Part shown: piece by piece, positions 34,773 to 46,371 of the stretch
Layout of the letters: every line of letters starts with the position of its first letter
Position numbering within the stretch: position 1 is the stretch's first letter
NCBI GenBank assembly: GCA_977017575.1
Contig: CDRNVI010000004.1
Span: 656,106-720,105 of the forward strand
Direction of reading: 5' to 3'
Length of the DNA stretch: 64,000 bases
DNA from: Paramoeba atlantica
Lineage: Eukaryota; Protista; Discosea
The notes under the pieces: generated by a model
What the model was told of the DNA's origin: nothing
Database searches by the model: none
What the model saw: only the letters and a program-made list of their open reading frames with translations
Made by a program: the position numbers and the translations under genes

Positions 34773-35483
34773 ATGAACACGAGCGTTCCACTGAAGGCTG
34801 CAAAGGTGCAAGGAAACTTGCCGCCTCCAGAATATCAACTTGCGCATCTCATTGAAAACCTCTTCATGTACCGTCATCGGCCCTCATGGAGTATGGACAA
34901 TCCAGCTTGTAAATGGAGTGGAATCACATGCGATGAGGAAGGACACGTTATTAAAATCGAGTGGGATGAATACCGCCTTTCAGGGATTCTTCAGTGGGAA
35001 TTTCTTCCTCATACTCTGGCTATGTTCAATCTCAATAGCAATAAACTCGAAGGAAAGGTGCCTTTTACGGAGCTGCCACCTAAACTTACTACTCTCTGCA
35101 TGGATGGTAATTTTTTTTATAGCGAAGCTGACTTCACTGCGCTTCCAGATACAGTAGGCTATGTGGTCTTAAGTGACAACAATTTTTCCGAAGAGATCTG
35201 TCTCACCAAGTTGCCTCAAACTCTTTATTTTTTTAACTTGGCAAGAAATCGATTCAGTGGGCCGTTGGATCTAACAAACCTTCCCTCCTCAATGAATTCA
35301 CTTTTTCTAAATAACAATCGTTTTCATGGTCATGTCAGCTTGAGTTCTCTCCCCAAAGGACTGAGTCGTCTGTTTTTGAACGGTAACCCGTCTCTGTACA
35401 TTAAAGACAGTGCATTCAAGGACGAAACCTCTCAAGTTCCGGGAGGAAATGTAATGGATCTTGTGAAGAAGGTAATTCCGTAA
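34773..35483 (+). CDS. LRR-family copy 7 (type A of a tandem pair)
   Basis: MNTSVPLKAAKVQGNLPPPEYQL, NPACKWSGITCD, LRRs; polypyrimidine-AG at 34741-34771. Confidence 0.9.
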   Translation: MNTSVPLKAAKVQGNLPPPEYQLAHLIENLFMYRHRPSWSMDNPACKWSGITCDEEGHVIKIEWDEYRLSGILQWEFLPHTLAMFNLNSNKLEGKVPFTELPPKLTTLCMDGNFFYSEADFTALPDTVGYVVLSDNNFSEEICLTKLPQTLYFFNLARNRFSGPLDLTNLPSSMNSLFLNNNRFHGHVSLSSLPKGLSRLFLNGNPSLYIKDSAFKDETSQVPGGNVMDLVKKVIP

Positions 35484-36394
35484 TTGTGTTCATTAGTGTA
35501 GACTTTAACGATTATACTTGGACCCACAAAAGTCTCGGGAACTAATTTTAAGTCTGTTCAAGGACTCGTTTGGGCTAAATACGACCGGTGGTGGCTGAAT
35601 GGTTGAAGTTGGGCACTTTTTTTAAACCGATGAGAATGCCACCGGAGAAACACTATCACTAAAGAATATTTTGTAATTTGTAACCTGTAATACCAGTAAT
35701 GAATGTAATGAATATTTTGTAACTTTTCATAAAATATTTTTAAATTTGCAACCAAAGAATAGCATATTGGAAGACAGAGCACTTCGTGATACTCTCCTAA
35801 TATACCGCGTTATCAATGTGTAGCCCCCCCTATAGGTCTTTACTTTGGAAATATTTTACGTGTCACCATTTTTGGACCTAATCATTCCGAATCGGCAAGA
35901 CTTTCGTCCAGCTTTTATTCGTCCTAAAATAGATTTCTTTACAACAAGTGGTAATGTGACTTCCGCCATGAAGCGAATCACTGCATTATACCAAACGCGT
36001 TACTTAATATCAAAGTTTCTATTTATTTTCTACAACCACGTATTCAAAAAAAATGAACACGAGTATTCCGTTGAAGGCTGCAAAGGTGCGAGGGAACTTG
36101 CCGCCTCCAGAATATCAACTTGCGCATCTCATTGAAAACCTCATCGTGGAACGTCATCGGCCCTCATGGAGTATAGACAATCCCGGATGTAAATGGAGTG
36201 GAATCACATGCGATGAGGAAAGCCATGTTATTGGAATCAATTGGAATCTATTCCGCCTTTCAGGAAGTCTTCAGTGGGAATTTCTTCCTCATACTGTGGT
36301 TACTTTAAATCTCAATAGCAATAAACTCGAAGGAAAGGTGCCTTTTACGGAGCTGCCACCGAAACTTTTTAATACCTGCATGGGTAATAATTTT

Positions 36395-37083
36395 GGGTAA
36401 TGCCCACTTATATTGCACCCACTTTTCTATTTTTTGGGTCAAACTGTGCCACAGAGTTGAAATGGACAGCATATCCTAAAAAGCTACTGGATCACACGCC
36501 CGGTCACACAACATAGGAAAACAAGTACACAAGCCTGCGGAAGGGACAAACGTTGGTTCTTAGTACGCGCCCCCGCTCGCTTCTGTGTGCAGGGGAGCTA
36601 AAATATAATTCTGTCTCAGGGCTACGCCCACAGTTGGGCTTTGCTCACAGACGTGGGCTACGCTCAAAGTTGGGCCTTACCTCCAGACAGGTAATATAAA
36701 TAGGTAATATAACAGGTAATATAACAGGTAATATAATATAAATAACTAGGAGTCTTCTCAATATTTCCCGCAGCCCTAACATGGTCCAACATGGGACCTC
36801 CTAGCGGTCTTCCCCGCCTGTCGTGTGGCACTGACGCCAAGCTTTTTTTTGTGGCATTTTATCTGTCCATTGGCAGTTTATCTGCCCACAAGCATTTTAT
36901 CTGTGCATGGGCATTTGACGTGTAAAGTGGCCAACTTTAAGCATACTGCAATATTTTTTTGACGTAAAGTAGGCGGAAGGAGGAAGTGAGATAAAGTGTG
37001 TAAAGTTAAGCTGCGCAAGAAAACATTACAATGCATTCATAGCATTATTTTGAAAGTGGGTGCAATATAAGTGGTCTGTACCC
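36395..37083. mobile_element. Merlin-type MITE, 689 bp, ~31-bp TIRs, 8-bp TSD ATAATTTT
   Basis: ATAATTTT at 36387-36394 and 37084-37091; the paralog has a single copy of this site. Confidence 0.92.
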
Positions 37084-37351
37084 ATAATTTTTTTCGAGGT
37101 GAGGCTGACTTTACTGCGCTTCCAGACACTATGACCTATATGGTCTTAAGTAACAACAATTTTTCCTGGGTGATCTGTCTCACCAAGTTGCCTCAAAATC
37201 TTTCTCCACTTTACTTGATAAACAATCAATTCAGTGGACCGCTAGATTTCACAAGCCTGCCCTCCTCATTGAGTTCACTTTTTCTAAGTAATAATCGGTT
37301 TCGTGGTCATGTGAGCTTGAGTTCTCTTCCCAAACGAATGAATCACCTGAG

Positions 37352-37379
37352 ATAAAGATACAGTTTCTGTACCTTGTTG
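37352..37379 (+). ncRNA. Spliced-leader exon-like sequence (3' 28 nt) followed by GT
   Basis: ATAAAGATACAGTTTCTGTACCTTGTTG|GTAC contains the conserved euglenozoan SL core ACAGTTTCTGTAC and the TTG/GT exon end. Confidence 0.75.
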
Positions 37380-37943
37380 GTACTTTTTCCTTAGTTAATC
37401 CTTTCTTTCCCCGGCAACGGGCATACTCTTACTGTATTTTTATGCCCGTTGCCGGCCGGCACTAAGGTCGGAACTGTCCCTCTTGTCGCTGAAGCAGGGG
37501 ACGCGCTTTCACCCCTTCACCCCTCCCCGACTCACTCCCCTGGAGTGAGTGTGCTTCCCCCTCTCGGCTTTTTTCGACTTGTCTTTTTCCTCTCCGAGAG
37601 GGCCATGCGTCACGGTGGCCTCCCTTGAGGACCACTAGACGTGTCCTCCGCCGACGAGACTCGGTTCTCTGCACCTGGCGGTCGCCCAGCTCTCCGCACC
37701 TCGGCTCTGTCGCAGCTCTCTGCACCCGGATTGCCCCCGAAACTGTAATATGGGGATTACGCATCCGGCTCTCTGCACCTGCACATGACAACCGAGCTCT
37801 CTGCACCTGGGACCCCAGCTCTCCGCACCCGCACACCTCCGGCGAGGACGAAACCTCACATGATCCACCCGTCGTATGCGGGATAAGGACATGGTGAGTA
37901 AATCTCTGCACTATAAGTGCATGATAAAACAACAAAACAACAA
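37352..37943 (+). mobile_element. 592-bp SL-headed, A/AAC-tailed non-coding retroposon-like insert
   Basis: Junctions defined by the intact paralog (CACCTGAG|TT|TGGATGG); 2-bp target deletion, no TSD; tail AAAACAACAAAACAACAA; internal hairpins and CTCT(C/G/T)GCACC repeats. Confidence 0.7.
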
Positions 37944-40027
37944 TGGATGGTAACCCGTTTCTGTACATCAATGACAGATCATTCAAAGACAAAGCTTTTC
38001 GAGTTCCGAATAGAAATGTAATGGATCTTGTGAAGAAAGTAGTCTTGTGACTATTGTTGCATTTACAATCAGTTGTATGTGGGGTTTTGCTTCCCGGCAA
38101 CGCATTGTACACCGTAATCTACTAGTATATGGCAGCGTATGACACAAAGTTAAGAAGAATGACGTATAGAAATTAATTCTCTTTTTAAGGGTCTTCGTTA
38201 AACGCGGTAGTTGAGGGGCTGCGGGTACTTCGACCGAGACCGCGGTTTGTATTTTCGGTGGGAAAAGATACAAAACTGGCAAAAGTTTACATTTGTTTAT
38301 TATTTTTATGTGAAATTTCCGATTCGGTGTACGCTTCTAGCTATATTTTTCTTTGTTTCTTTCTCTGAATCAATTTATTCCTTTTTACTAACAACAGTAC
38401 ATTCTTCTTTTCCCGTAAACTTTTCTCCTAAATGTTTATGTCTACCGAGAGCAATGACGCATTGCAAGAGCGATTGACTGCTCTTGGGCCGGCTTACACC
38501 TCTTGGATGAGCCGTGTTGACGTACAATTCGTCAACGCAGCGTGTTGGTAACAGCACGTTGGTGCCACCTTGGACAAGCGGAAACTGGTAGAGGAAGTCG
38601 GCCTCGGAACTTCCAAATCTGTCTGTGAAGGGTCTGACTTGCCAGTGACCATCTGGAGCAATCCGGAATGATTCGGATTTTTTGGCTCTTGGGCCTGAGA
38701 CAAGTGCCGAAGACAAACTCTTCGACGTCATCAAGGCTTCGACAGCCCGGGTCTTTACAAAGGCCCGACGTTTTCTCCGAGCCACGTTTGGAGATAAGCA
38801 ATGCGGAGCTCAGTAGTAAAGTTGAAATCGCAGGGCGCGTTTCATGCACGATGGACAACTTCCTACATGTTGCGCGCTCTGTGTGTGGCATTGAATTGAC
38901 CTCATGCATCGTGACTCGCGTCCTGTTCCATTTGGTTGACCTCCGGGGCCATCTGCTTCTGAGCGTCCGCCCCCGGAGCGCGTGCTTCCTTGGAGAGGCA
39001 GCTGCCGACCTTGAAGCGTACCTTCAAGACATGGACTAAATGTTCGGGTAACCAGATGGTTTGGCCTCAGGAGAAAGGCTCTCAGAGGACGTTTTTGGCT
39101 CGCAGTGGCTGGCAGCATTTGGTACTGGCTGGCAGCGTTTGGCACTGGCTCGCAGTGGCGGTCTGCATGGGTTCCATTGTCATTCTTTATTATTGTCAAA
39201 TCACGTTATTATCGTCATTTTATTATTATTTCATCGGTGATTTTGGGGCAGTTTTTTGATTTACTCCAGCATGTCGTCGATCACCGATTCGGAGGACATT
39301 CATATTCCAGATTGTTCGGAAAACCTTTTTCTTCTTCAACTCGAACGATTTCGCGTAGAAAAGAGTGAGTTTGGTACTGGTGTTGTTGCGCATGACGATG
39401 CTTTGGCCTTTTCTTCGGACGGAGAGTCTCTTACTGATGAAATAGATTCTACTTCCTCCAGCGAGGGTAAAGACTATAAATTTATTTCCCTTACTGAAGG
39501 CCCGCCGGATGCCAACTTGACGAAAGAAAGGAAGGAATTAGCTTGCCAACGAAGCTTGCTGAAAATATTGAAATCATCAAAACCAAAACTTTCTTCTGAA
39601 AAAAAGCAATTTAAAATGACAGACTTTATAAAATTCCGACAGCCTTAGATCTCTATGCCTATGCTTGCTAAAGCCTTATTAATTCATTCTTAATCGAGAA
39701 AAAAAAGATTCTGGGCTTTTCTGAATTCGAAACTGCTTTCCCCATTGATCATTGATCCTGTGCTTTCTAGGTTTTACTTAAAAATACTTTAAAAATGGTG
39801 GGCTTCCTCTACTTTTGACAATAATATGATGCAAAGCTTCCTATTATTTCCAAATCACGTTAATATTGCCAAATCATCATATTATTGTCAAAACTTTTGA
39901 CAATAATAACTGTACCCCGGGTACAGTAATGTGGCTTCCGCCATGAAGCGAATCACTGCATTATACCGAACGCGTTACTTAATATCAAAGTTTCTATTTA
40001 TTTTCTACAACCACGTATTCGAGAAAA

Positions 40028-40738
40028 ATGAACACGAGTATTCCGTTGAAGGCTGCAAAGGTGCGAGGGAACTTGCCGCCTCCAGAATATCAACTTGCGC
40101 ATCTCACTGAAAACCTCATCGTGGAACGTCATCGGCCCTCATGGAGTATAGACAATCCCGGTTGTAAATGGAGTGGAATCACATGCGATGAGGAAGGCCA
40201 TGTCATTGGAATCAAATGGTATCTATTCCGCCTTTCAGGGGATCTTCAGTGGGAATTTCTTCCTCATACTGTGGTTACTTTAAATCTCAATAGCAATAAA
40301 CTCGTAGGTAAGGTGCCTTTTACGGAGCTGCCACCTAAACTTACTACTCTCTGCATGGATGGTAATTTTTTTTATGGCCAAGCTGACTTCACTGCGCTTC
40401 CAGATACAGTAGGCTATGTGGTCTTAAGTGACAACAATTTTTCCGGAGAGATCTGTCTCACCAAGTTGCCTCAAACTCTTTATTTTTTTAACTTGGCAAG
40501 AAATCAATTCAGTGGGCCGTTAGATCTCACAAACCTTCCCTCCTCAATGAATTCACTTTTTCTACATAGCAATCGTTTTCGTGGTCATGTCAGCTTGAGT
40601 TCTGTCCCCAAAGGACTGAGTCGTCTGTTTTTGAACGGTAACCCGTCTCTGTACATTAAAGACAGTGCATTCAAGGACGAAACCTCTCAAGTTCCGGGAG
40701 GAAATGTAATGGATCTTGTGAAGAAGGTAATTCCGTAA
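40028..40738 (+). CDS. LRR-family copy 9, chimeric (B-type 5' half, A-type 3' half)
   Basis: MNTSIP...LIVERHRPSWSIDNPGC...PHTVVTL as in B; KLTTLCMDG...DTVGYVV...LVKKVIP as in A. Confidence 0.9.
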   Translation: MNTSIPLKAAKVRGNLPPPEYQLAHLTENLIVERHRPSWSIDNPGCKWSGITCDEEGHVIGIKWYLFRLSGDLQWEFLPHTVVTLNLNSNKLVGKVPFTELPPKLTTLCMDGNFFYGQADFTALPDTVGYVVLSDNNFSGEICLTKLPQTLYFFNLARNQFSGPLDLTNLPSSMNSLFLHSNRFRGHVSLSSVPKGLSRLFLNGNPSLYIKDSAFKDETSQVPGGNVMDLVKKVIP

Positions 40739-41306
40739 TTGTGTTCATTAGTGTAGACTTTAACGATTATACTTGGACCCACAAAAGTCTCGGGAACTAA
40801 TTTTAAGTCTGTTCAAGGACTCGTTTGGGCTAAATACGACCGGTGGTGGCTGAATGGTTGAAGTTGGGCACTTTTTTTAAACCGATGAGAATACCACCGG
40901 AGAAACACTATCACTAAAGAATATTTTGTAATTTGTAACCTGTAATACCAGTAATGAATGTAATGAATATTTTGTAACTTTTCATAAAATATTTTTAAAT
41001 TTGCAACCAAAGAATAGCATATTGGAAGACAGAGCACTTCGTGATACTCTCCTAATATACCGCGTTATCAATGTGTAGCCCCCCCTATAGGTCTTTACTT
41101 TGGAAATATTTTACGTGTCACCATTTTTGGACCTAATCATTCCGAATCGGCAAGACTTTCGTCCAGCTTTTATTCGTCCTAAAATAGATTTCTTTACAAC
41201 AAGTGGTAATGTGACTTCCGCCATGAAGCGAATCACTGCATTATACCAAACGCGTTACTTAATATCAAAGTTTCTATTTATTTTCTACAACCACGTATTC
41301 AAAAAA

Positions 41307-42017
41307 ATGAACACGAGCATTCCGTTGAAGGCTGCAAAGGTGCGAGGGAACTTGCCGCCTCCAGAATATCAACTTGCGCATCTCATTGAAAACCTCATCG
41401 TGGAACTTCATCGGCCCTCATGGAGTATAGACAATCCCGGATGTAAATGGAGTGGAATCACATGCGATGAGGAAGGCCATGTCATTGGAATCAAATGGTA
41501 TCGATTCCGCCTTTCAGGAAGTCTTCAGTGGGAATTTCTTCCTCATACTGTGGTTACATTAAATCTTAATAGCAATGAAATGAAAAGTAAAGTACCTTTT
41601 ACGGAGCTGCCACCGAAACTTTTTAATACCTGCATGGACAATAATTTTTTTCGAGGTAAGGCTGACTTCACTGCGCTTCCAGACACTATGACCTATATGG
41701 TCTTAAGCAACAACAATTTTTCCGGAGAGATCTGTCTCACCAAGTTGCCTCAAAATCTTTCTTCACTTAACTTGATAAACAATCAATTCAGTGGACCGCT
41801 AGATTTAACAAACCTGCCCTCCTCATTGAGTTCACTTTTTCTAAGTAGTAATCGGTTTCGTGGTCATGTGAGCTTGAGTTCTCTTCCCAAACGAATGAAT
41901 CACCTGAGTTTGGATGGTAACCCGTTTCTATACATCAATGACAGATCATTCAAGGACAAAGCTTTTCGAGTTCCGAGTGGAAATGTAATGGATCTTGTGA
42001 AGAACGTAGTCTTCTGA
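41307..42017 (+). CDS. LRR-family copy 10 (intact type B)
   Basis: In-frame ATG 41307 within ORF 41100-42017; LRRs. Confidence 0.9.
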   Translation: MNTSIPLKAAKVRGNLPPPEYQLAHLIENLIVELHRPSWSIDNPGCKWSGITCDEEGHVIGIKWYRFRLSGSLQWEFLPHTVVTLNLNSNEMKSKVPFTELPPKLFNTCMDNNFFRGKADFTALPDTMTYMVLSNNNFSGEICLTKLPQNLSSLNLINNQFSGPLDLTNLPSSLSSLFLSSNRFRGHVSLSSLPKRMNHLSLDGNPFLYINDRSFKDKAFRVPSGNVMDLVKNVVF

Positions 42018-42633
42018 CTATTGTTGCATTTACAATCAGTTGTATATGGGGTTTTGCTTCCCGGCAACGCATTGTACACCGTAATTCACTCTCCACATTT
42101 TTATATTATGGTCTCTTCGTTAAAGACGGTGCAACTTAGAGGACTGAAACTACCTGGGGTTTGCCTAGGTTAGCCTGGGTTTTCATTTTACTGGTTTCAG
42201 CCCTCTTAAAAGTCACCGCTGCTATATCTACACTGCTTAAAATTACCTCCGCGTTCAGCGAAGAGACTAGGAAACAAAAATCTGAGGAACCCTCGGCATT
42301 TCGGGGCGAAACAATACCAATTTTTTCCTTGAATTCAGGTCATTTTTAAAGAGTGGGGGTAGGAAGAATATCTCTTGGAAAAACGAAATGTCGTAGAATC
42401 GTAGCTATCCCGAACTCTCAGAATACTCCTCCTCTCATTAATAATTGACATCACGTAAGCAAATGAAATGGGATATTGAAAACACACGTCCTTCGTTTCA
42501 GCCAGAGGTCCGCAAAACTACAAAAACTACTTTATAGTACTATTCGCGGTGGTTGTATAACTATCTCTCTACCCTCGATTATTGAAAGAAAGTGAACAAA
42601 AACAGTGAAAATATAAAGAGGAACACTGTAATA

Positions 42634-42957
42634 TACTGTACCCCACCCCTGCTTATAATAGCCTCGACCCCTCCCCCCCCCCCTCTTTATAGGTTTTTTT
42701 GGGCAAACCGAGGAAGATTTTTTTAAATTTTCTTGCGCCGTCTTAAATAGTTTGATATTTATTTTCACATGGTTCTTCGAGGGGTCGTGCTGGTCATTTT
42801 ACTTTGGCAGAGCGTCGGGGCCCACTTAGCGATTGGATAATTACTGGTTCCTCGCTCACAAATGTAGGGCGATTCCTGTGCCAACTTTTAATCGCCCTCC
42901 CCCCTTATAGGTTTGGGCAAAAGCGAGGCTATTATAAACGGGGGGGGGGGTACAGTA
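42634..42957. mobile_element. MITE with TACTGTACCCC-type TIRs
   Basis: TACTGTACCCCACCCCTGCTTATAATAGCCTCG ... CGAGGCTATTATAAACGGGGGGGGGGTACAGTA. Confidence 0.65.
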
Positions 42958-43337
42958 ATAGAATAAAAAAAATTAAAGGGGGCCCCGTTACACCAAAACC
43001 GAAAAATAAAATTGAAGAAAAGGGGGGTCTATGGGGGGGCATGGAGGCATAGGGGGTCCAGGGAGGGGGGCATGGAGGGATTTTTGGGATGACCGAAAAC
43101 AATTTTGAACAAAAAAGTGTGTGTGTAAGTTTGACCCCCATACCCCCCCTATTCTAGTCTTTTGAAGATATTTCTGAAGAAACAAATATTTCTGCTGTCT
43201 CTTTCCCATTAAAGGCGCTGGACTTTGGATGACACATTGGTGGAGTCAGCCGCCGGTGCGATCCCACATAAATACAGCAACCAAGACGTGTTCGTGCAGG
43301 ACGGAGTCCATTCCAGCATCAATCGCAAGCCCAAATA

Positions 43338-44855
43338 CAGGGGTGTAAATTTGGATGTGGGGGGGTCTAAATTTTGTAAAACTTGGTCAATTTTGGAAAA
43401 TAATAGCGCATTCGAGAGCTCTCGAACAGGGCTCATGAACGTAACAAGGCCGAACTAGGCACAAAGGGGTATTGCCCCCTCGACAAAGAGCCCCCAAACG
43501 CTATTTGCAACTTTCTAAAGCACGGGAAAAAATAGAAAAAAAAATTAATAATTGCAGTTTCCGCCGTTCTTTTCAATCACAATACGGCATCGCTTACGAA
43601 AGCTCTTCATAGCGTTTTCAGAGGCTATAGAATGTGTCGTTTGAAGATCTTGAAACGCTGCTTCGATCGCAATGATCAAATCTGTACGATTTTGACCATA
43701 AATTTTCAACGGGCATGAGATCAGGTGATTTTGCTGGCCAAGGAAGAACAGTAATTCCTGTCTCTTGAAAGCTTGTCCTGGCCAGATTGTGCACCGTACA
43801 GTTATACATTGCAATAACGCTAGAACGGTGCCGCTTAAGGTAAGAAATTAACCCTCCACGCTTCTTCATGGCTTCATCAAAAATAGCGCCCGTCACTGTA
43901 CCTCGGTTTCCTTGAGAACGAACAGAAGGAAAAACGTGAAGGTGAAACCCATGCTTAAGGCTCGCTGCCATCCAAACCATAACACCATTCCCCCCATGTC
44001 ATGCATCCAATTCACCTTGCTGCTCCTTGGGAGCGTCAGTTTTGCGGCAGAGGTACGTGATGTGCCCCCCACTCTTCCCACAAGTAAATTTTTTTTCATC
44101 CATCCAAATGATATTGGACAGTTCCGCGTCACTCCACGTTAGCATTTCTTCACAGAAACGTACTCGTTTCTCTTTATGCACTGAGGTAAGTGCAGGGGAT
44201 TTCCGGACTGTGCGCAAGACGATCCCATGTGATTTCATGTGGGTCGTCAAAGTTTGACGAGAGCAAGTGAACCCAAGATTTTCCATTAACCGGTGGAGCT
44301 CACTCCAGCTCCTGATGCCATAGGGTTGATCTCGAACACCCTCGTCTATCGCTTTCAAAGCAGCCTCACGTAGTTCAGGTGTCACAGCGATGTTCGTTGG
44401 GGCGTGTTTCTGGTTCTTGGAGTCTACTTCTCCAGTATCACGATAGCGCTCCACCCAGCGCTTCACAGTAGCTTCATGAACTTGAAAATTGCGTGCGATT
44501 AGGGAAAAAGACTGTGTTGCTTCGTAATCGGCAACAAGAAGCATGCGCCAGCTTGCTTTTATGTGCCCAGGCGAGGAATAAGCCCTTTCGGAGTGCTTAT
44601 GTTTCGGAGATCGTCCACAATCCCGTCGTTGTGGCATGAATAAGGGCAAAAAACAGAAAAATTGTGAAAATTGCAGGATTTCGTCTTCCAAAAAACTAAG
44701 TTTTTTTATGTGCATTCGAAAATCTAATTAACACGGATACGGTATATGCACGTTCATGAGCCCTGTTCGAGATCTCTCGAATGCGCTATTATTTTCCAAA
44801 AATGGCCAAATTTTACAAATTTTAGACCCCCCCCACATCCAAATTTACACCCCTG
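43338..44855 (-). mobile_element. Full-length Tc1/IS630-like DNA transposon (1518 bp, ~105-bp TIRs, TA TSD) with a frameshifted transposase
   Basis: TA|CAGGGGTGTAAATTTGGATGTGGGGGGG ... CCCCCCCACATCCAAATTTACACCCCTG|TA; HTH IARNFQVHEATVKRWVERY, IIWMDEKKF, LPWPAKSPDL across ORFs 43999, 43618 and 43545. Confidence 0.92.
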
Positions 44856-45074
44856 TATCTATGGATCGTCTATGGTCTCGCGAATGTTTAACCACACACA
44901 ATCAGCAAGAATTCTCATGTCATGCTGAATAGTGCGCACGTCCCTGGGGATAACATTTATCATTTCTGCCTTTGAAACCTCGGGACGCGACTCCTCGTAC
45001 TTGCGGAATAAACGAATACAGACAGAGAGAGGGATAGGAGTTGTAGAAGTTAGTTGGGGGGAAACCCCCATAAT

Positions 45075-45243
45075 TTTTTCGAAAAAATTTGCTCGACCAT
45101 GACCCCCCCCCTGGACCCCCCCCTGGTCCACCCCCCTGGACCCCCCCCTGGACCCCCCCTATGGACCCCCCCTATGGACCCCCCATTTTTTTCAATTTTT
45201 TTTTCAGTTTTGGACCATCAGAGCCCCCTTTCATATTTTTTTC
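45075..45243 (+). repeat. Dispersed GGACCCCCC-rich repeat family; this copy is split and resumes at ~47393-47493
   Basis: Uninterrupted copies at ~48150-48367 and ~63345-63538; reverse copies near 42540-42630 and 42990-43100. Confidence 0.8.
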
Positions 45244-46317
45244 CAGGGTTCGCAGAAACTATAAAACTATCAATATAGTACTATATAGTTACTATAAACT
45301 TTTTTCGAAAACTATAAAAAACTATATTTTTTTGTTTCACATTTTAAGCACTCCGAAGCTCACCAACACGCCATAAATACACGGCGAATTCATTTGTGTA
45401 CGATTTTTCTTATTTTTAAACCCGAAAATTGATGCCCGAAACTAAAGTTACGAGGGGTAGTTTCTGCAAAGATTATTTTATTGAACTGCTGCACACGGAG
45501 GGAAGTAAACAAGCGGTTGAATGTAACTTGTGTCAGGAGGGGACGTACCCCAGTCCCATCACGTGGCCTTGACAGATTGCCTTGTGCGAATCTTGCGTCC
45601 CGAACATCTTCTCACTGCATCGCTGTCGCCGCGCGTTGGCTGGAGCCACCGACGTTATGTCTTGGGACTGAATAATTGCTGCTCACAATTCTATGAGTTT
45701 GAATAAATACAATCATATGAGTCTGAATAAACTACGCGGTGTGTTGTCGAGTGGAGAGTTTGTACTTCCTATCGTCACTCCTTTCGCATGCGTTTCATTG
45801 CTATTTCCGAGGAGATGACACACTAGTTGATGATATTTTTCGGCGGTGATGGAATCGCGGGGAAGAGGGAGGATGTTTCGATAGCTATGTAACCCAAGAT
45901 AAAGTGGACGAGGGAGATTCTAAAAGCACATTTAAACCACCACAAAAATAGAATGATATCTCCCGGTTTGGAAAGGATTCCGACGTACCAAGAGAATCTT
46001 TAAGGGACATACCCTTCCATTTTTATGGTGGTTTAAAGGTGCTTTTAGAACCTCCCTCGTCCACTTTAGCTTAGGTCACATTTTTTTCAGAATTTCTTGT
46101 CATATCATATGTATGTAAGCGTGTAAGAACGAATGTAGAGGCGTGTGCATGTCCTTCACAAGCGGAGAAGACTCAAAAAATATCACTTGTAAGGTGAAAA
46201 AACCTTTATAGTTTTCTTATAGTTTTATAGTAAAATATAGTAAATATAGTACTATATAGTAACTATATTCAATGAAAAAAACTATATTTTACTATATTAT
46301 AGTTTCTGCGAACCCTG
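45244..46317. mobile_element. Non-autonomous TIR element with 20-bp perfect TIRs (hAT-like CAGGG end)
   Basis: CAGGGTTCGCAGAAACTATA at 45244-45263 and its reverse complement at 46298-46317; ACTATA subterminal repeats; no TSD found. Confidence 0.7.
45886..46080. mobile_element. Foldback MITE nested in 45244-46317; related element at ~57801-57990
   Basis: TGTAACCCAAGATAAAGTGGACGAGGGAG ... CTCCCTCGTCCACTTTAGCTTAGGTCACA; same TAAAGTGGACGAG TIR core at 57.8 kb. Confidence 0.7.
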
Positions 46318-46371
46318 AATTATGCAATATATAGGTGCACCTTAGTATGCAATATACATGGGTGGGCACCT

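Larger units (their letters stand above)
36053..38050 (+). pseudogene. LRR-family copy 8 (type B), disrupted by a MITE and an SL-headed insert
   Basis: Removing 36395-37091 and 37352-37943 leaves sequence colinear with intact paralog 41307-42017. Confidence 0.92.

Noticed and set aside
37838-37856. Hammerhead-like CCGGCGAGGACGAAAC in the SL-headed insert
   Set aside because: The CUGANGA core has two mismatches and flanking stems could not be built by eye
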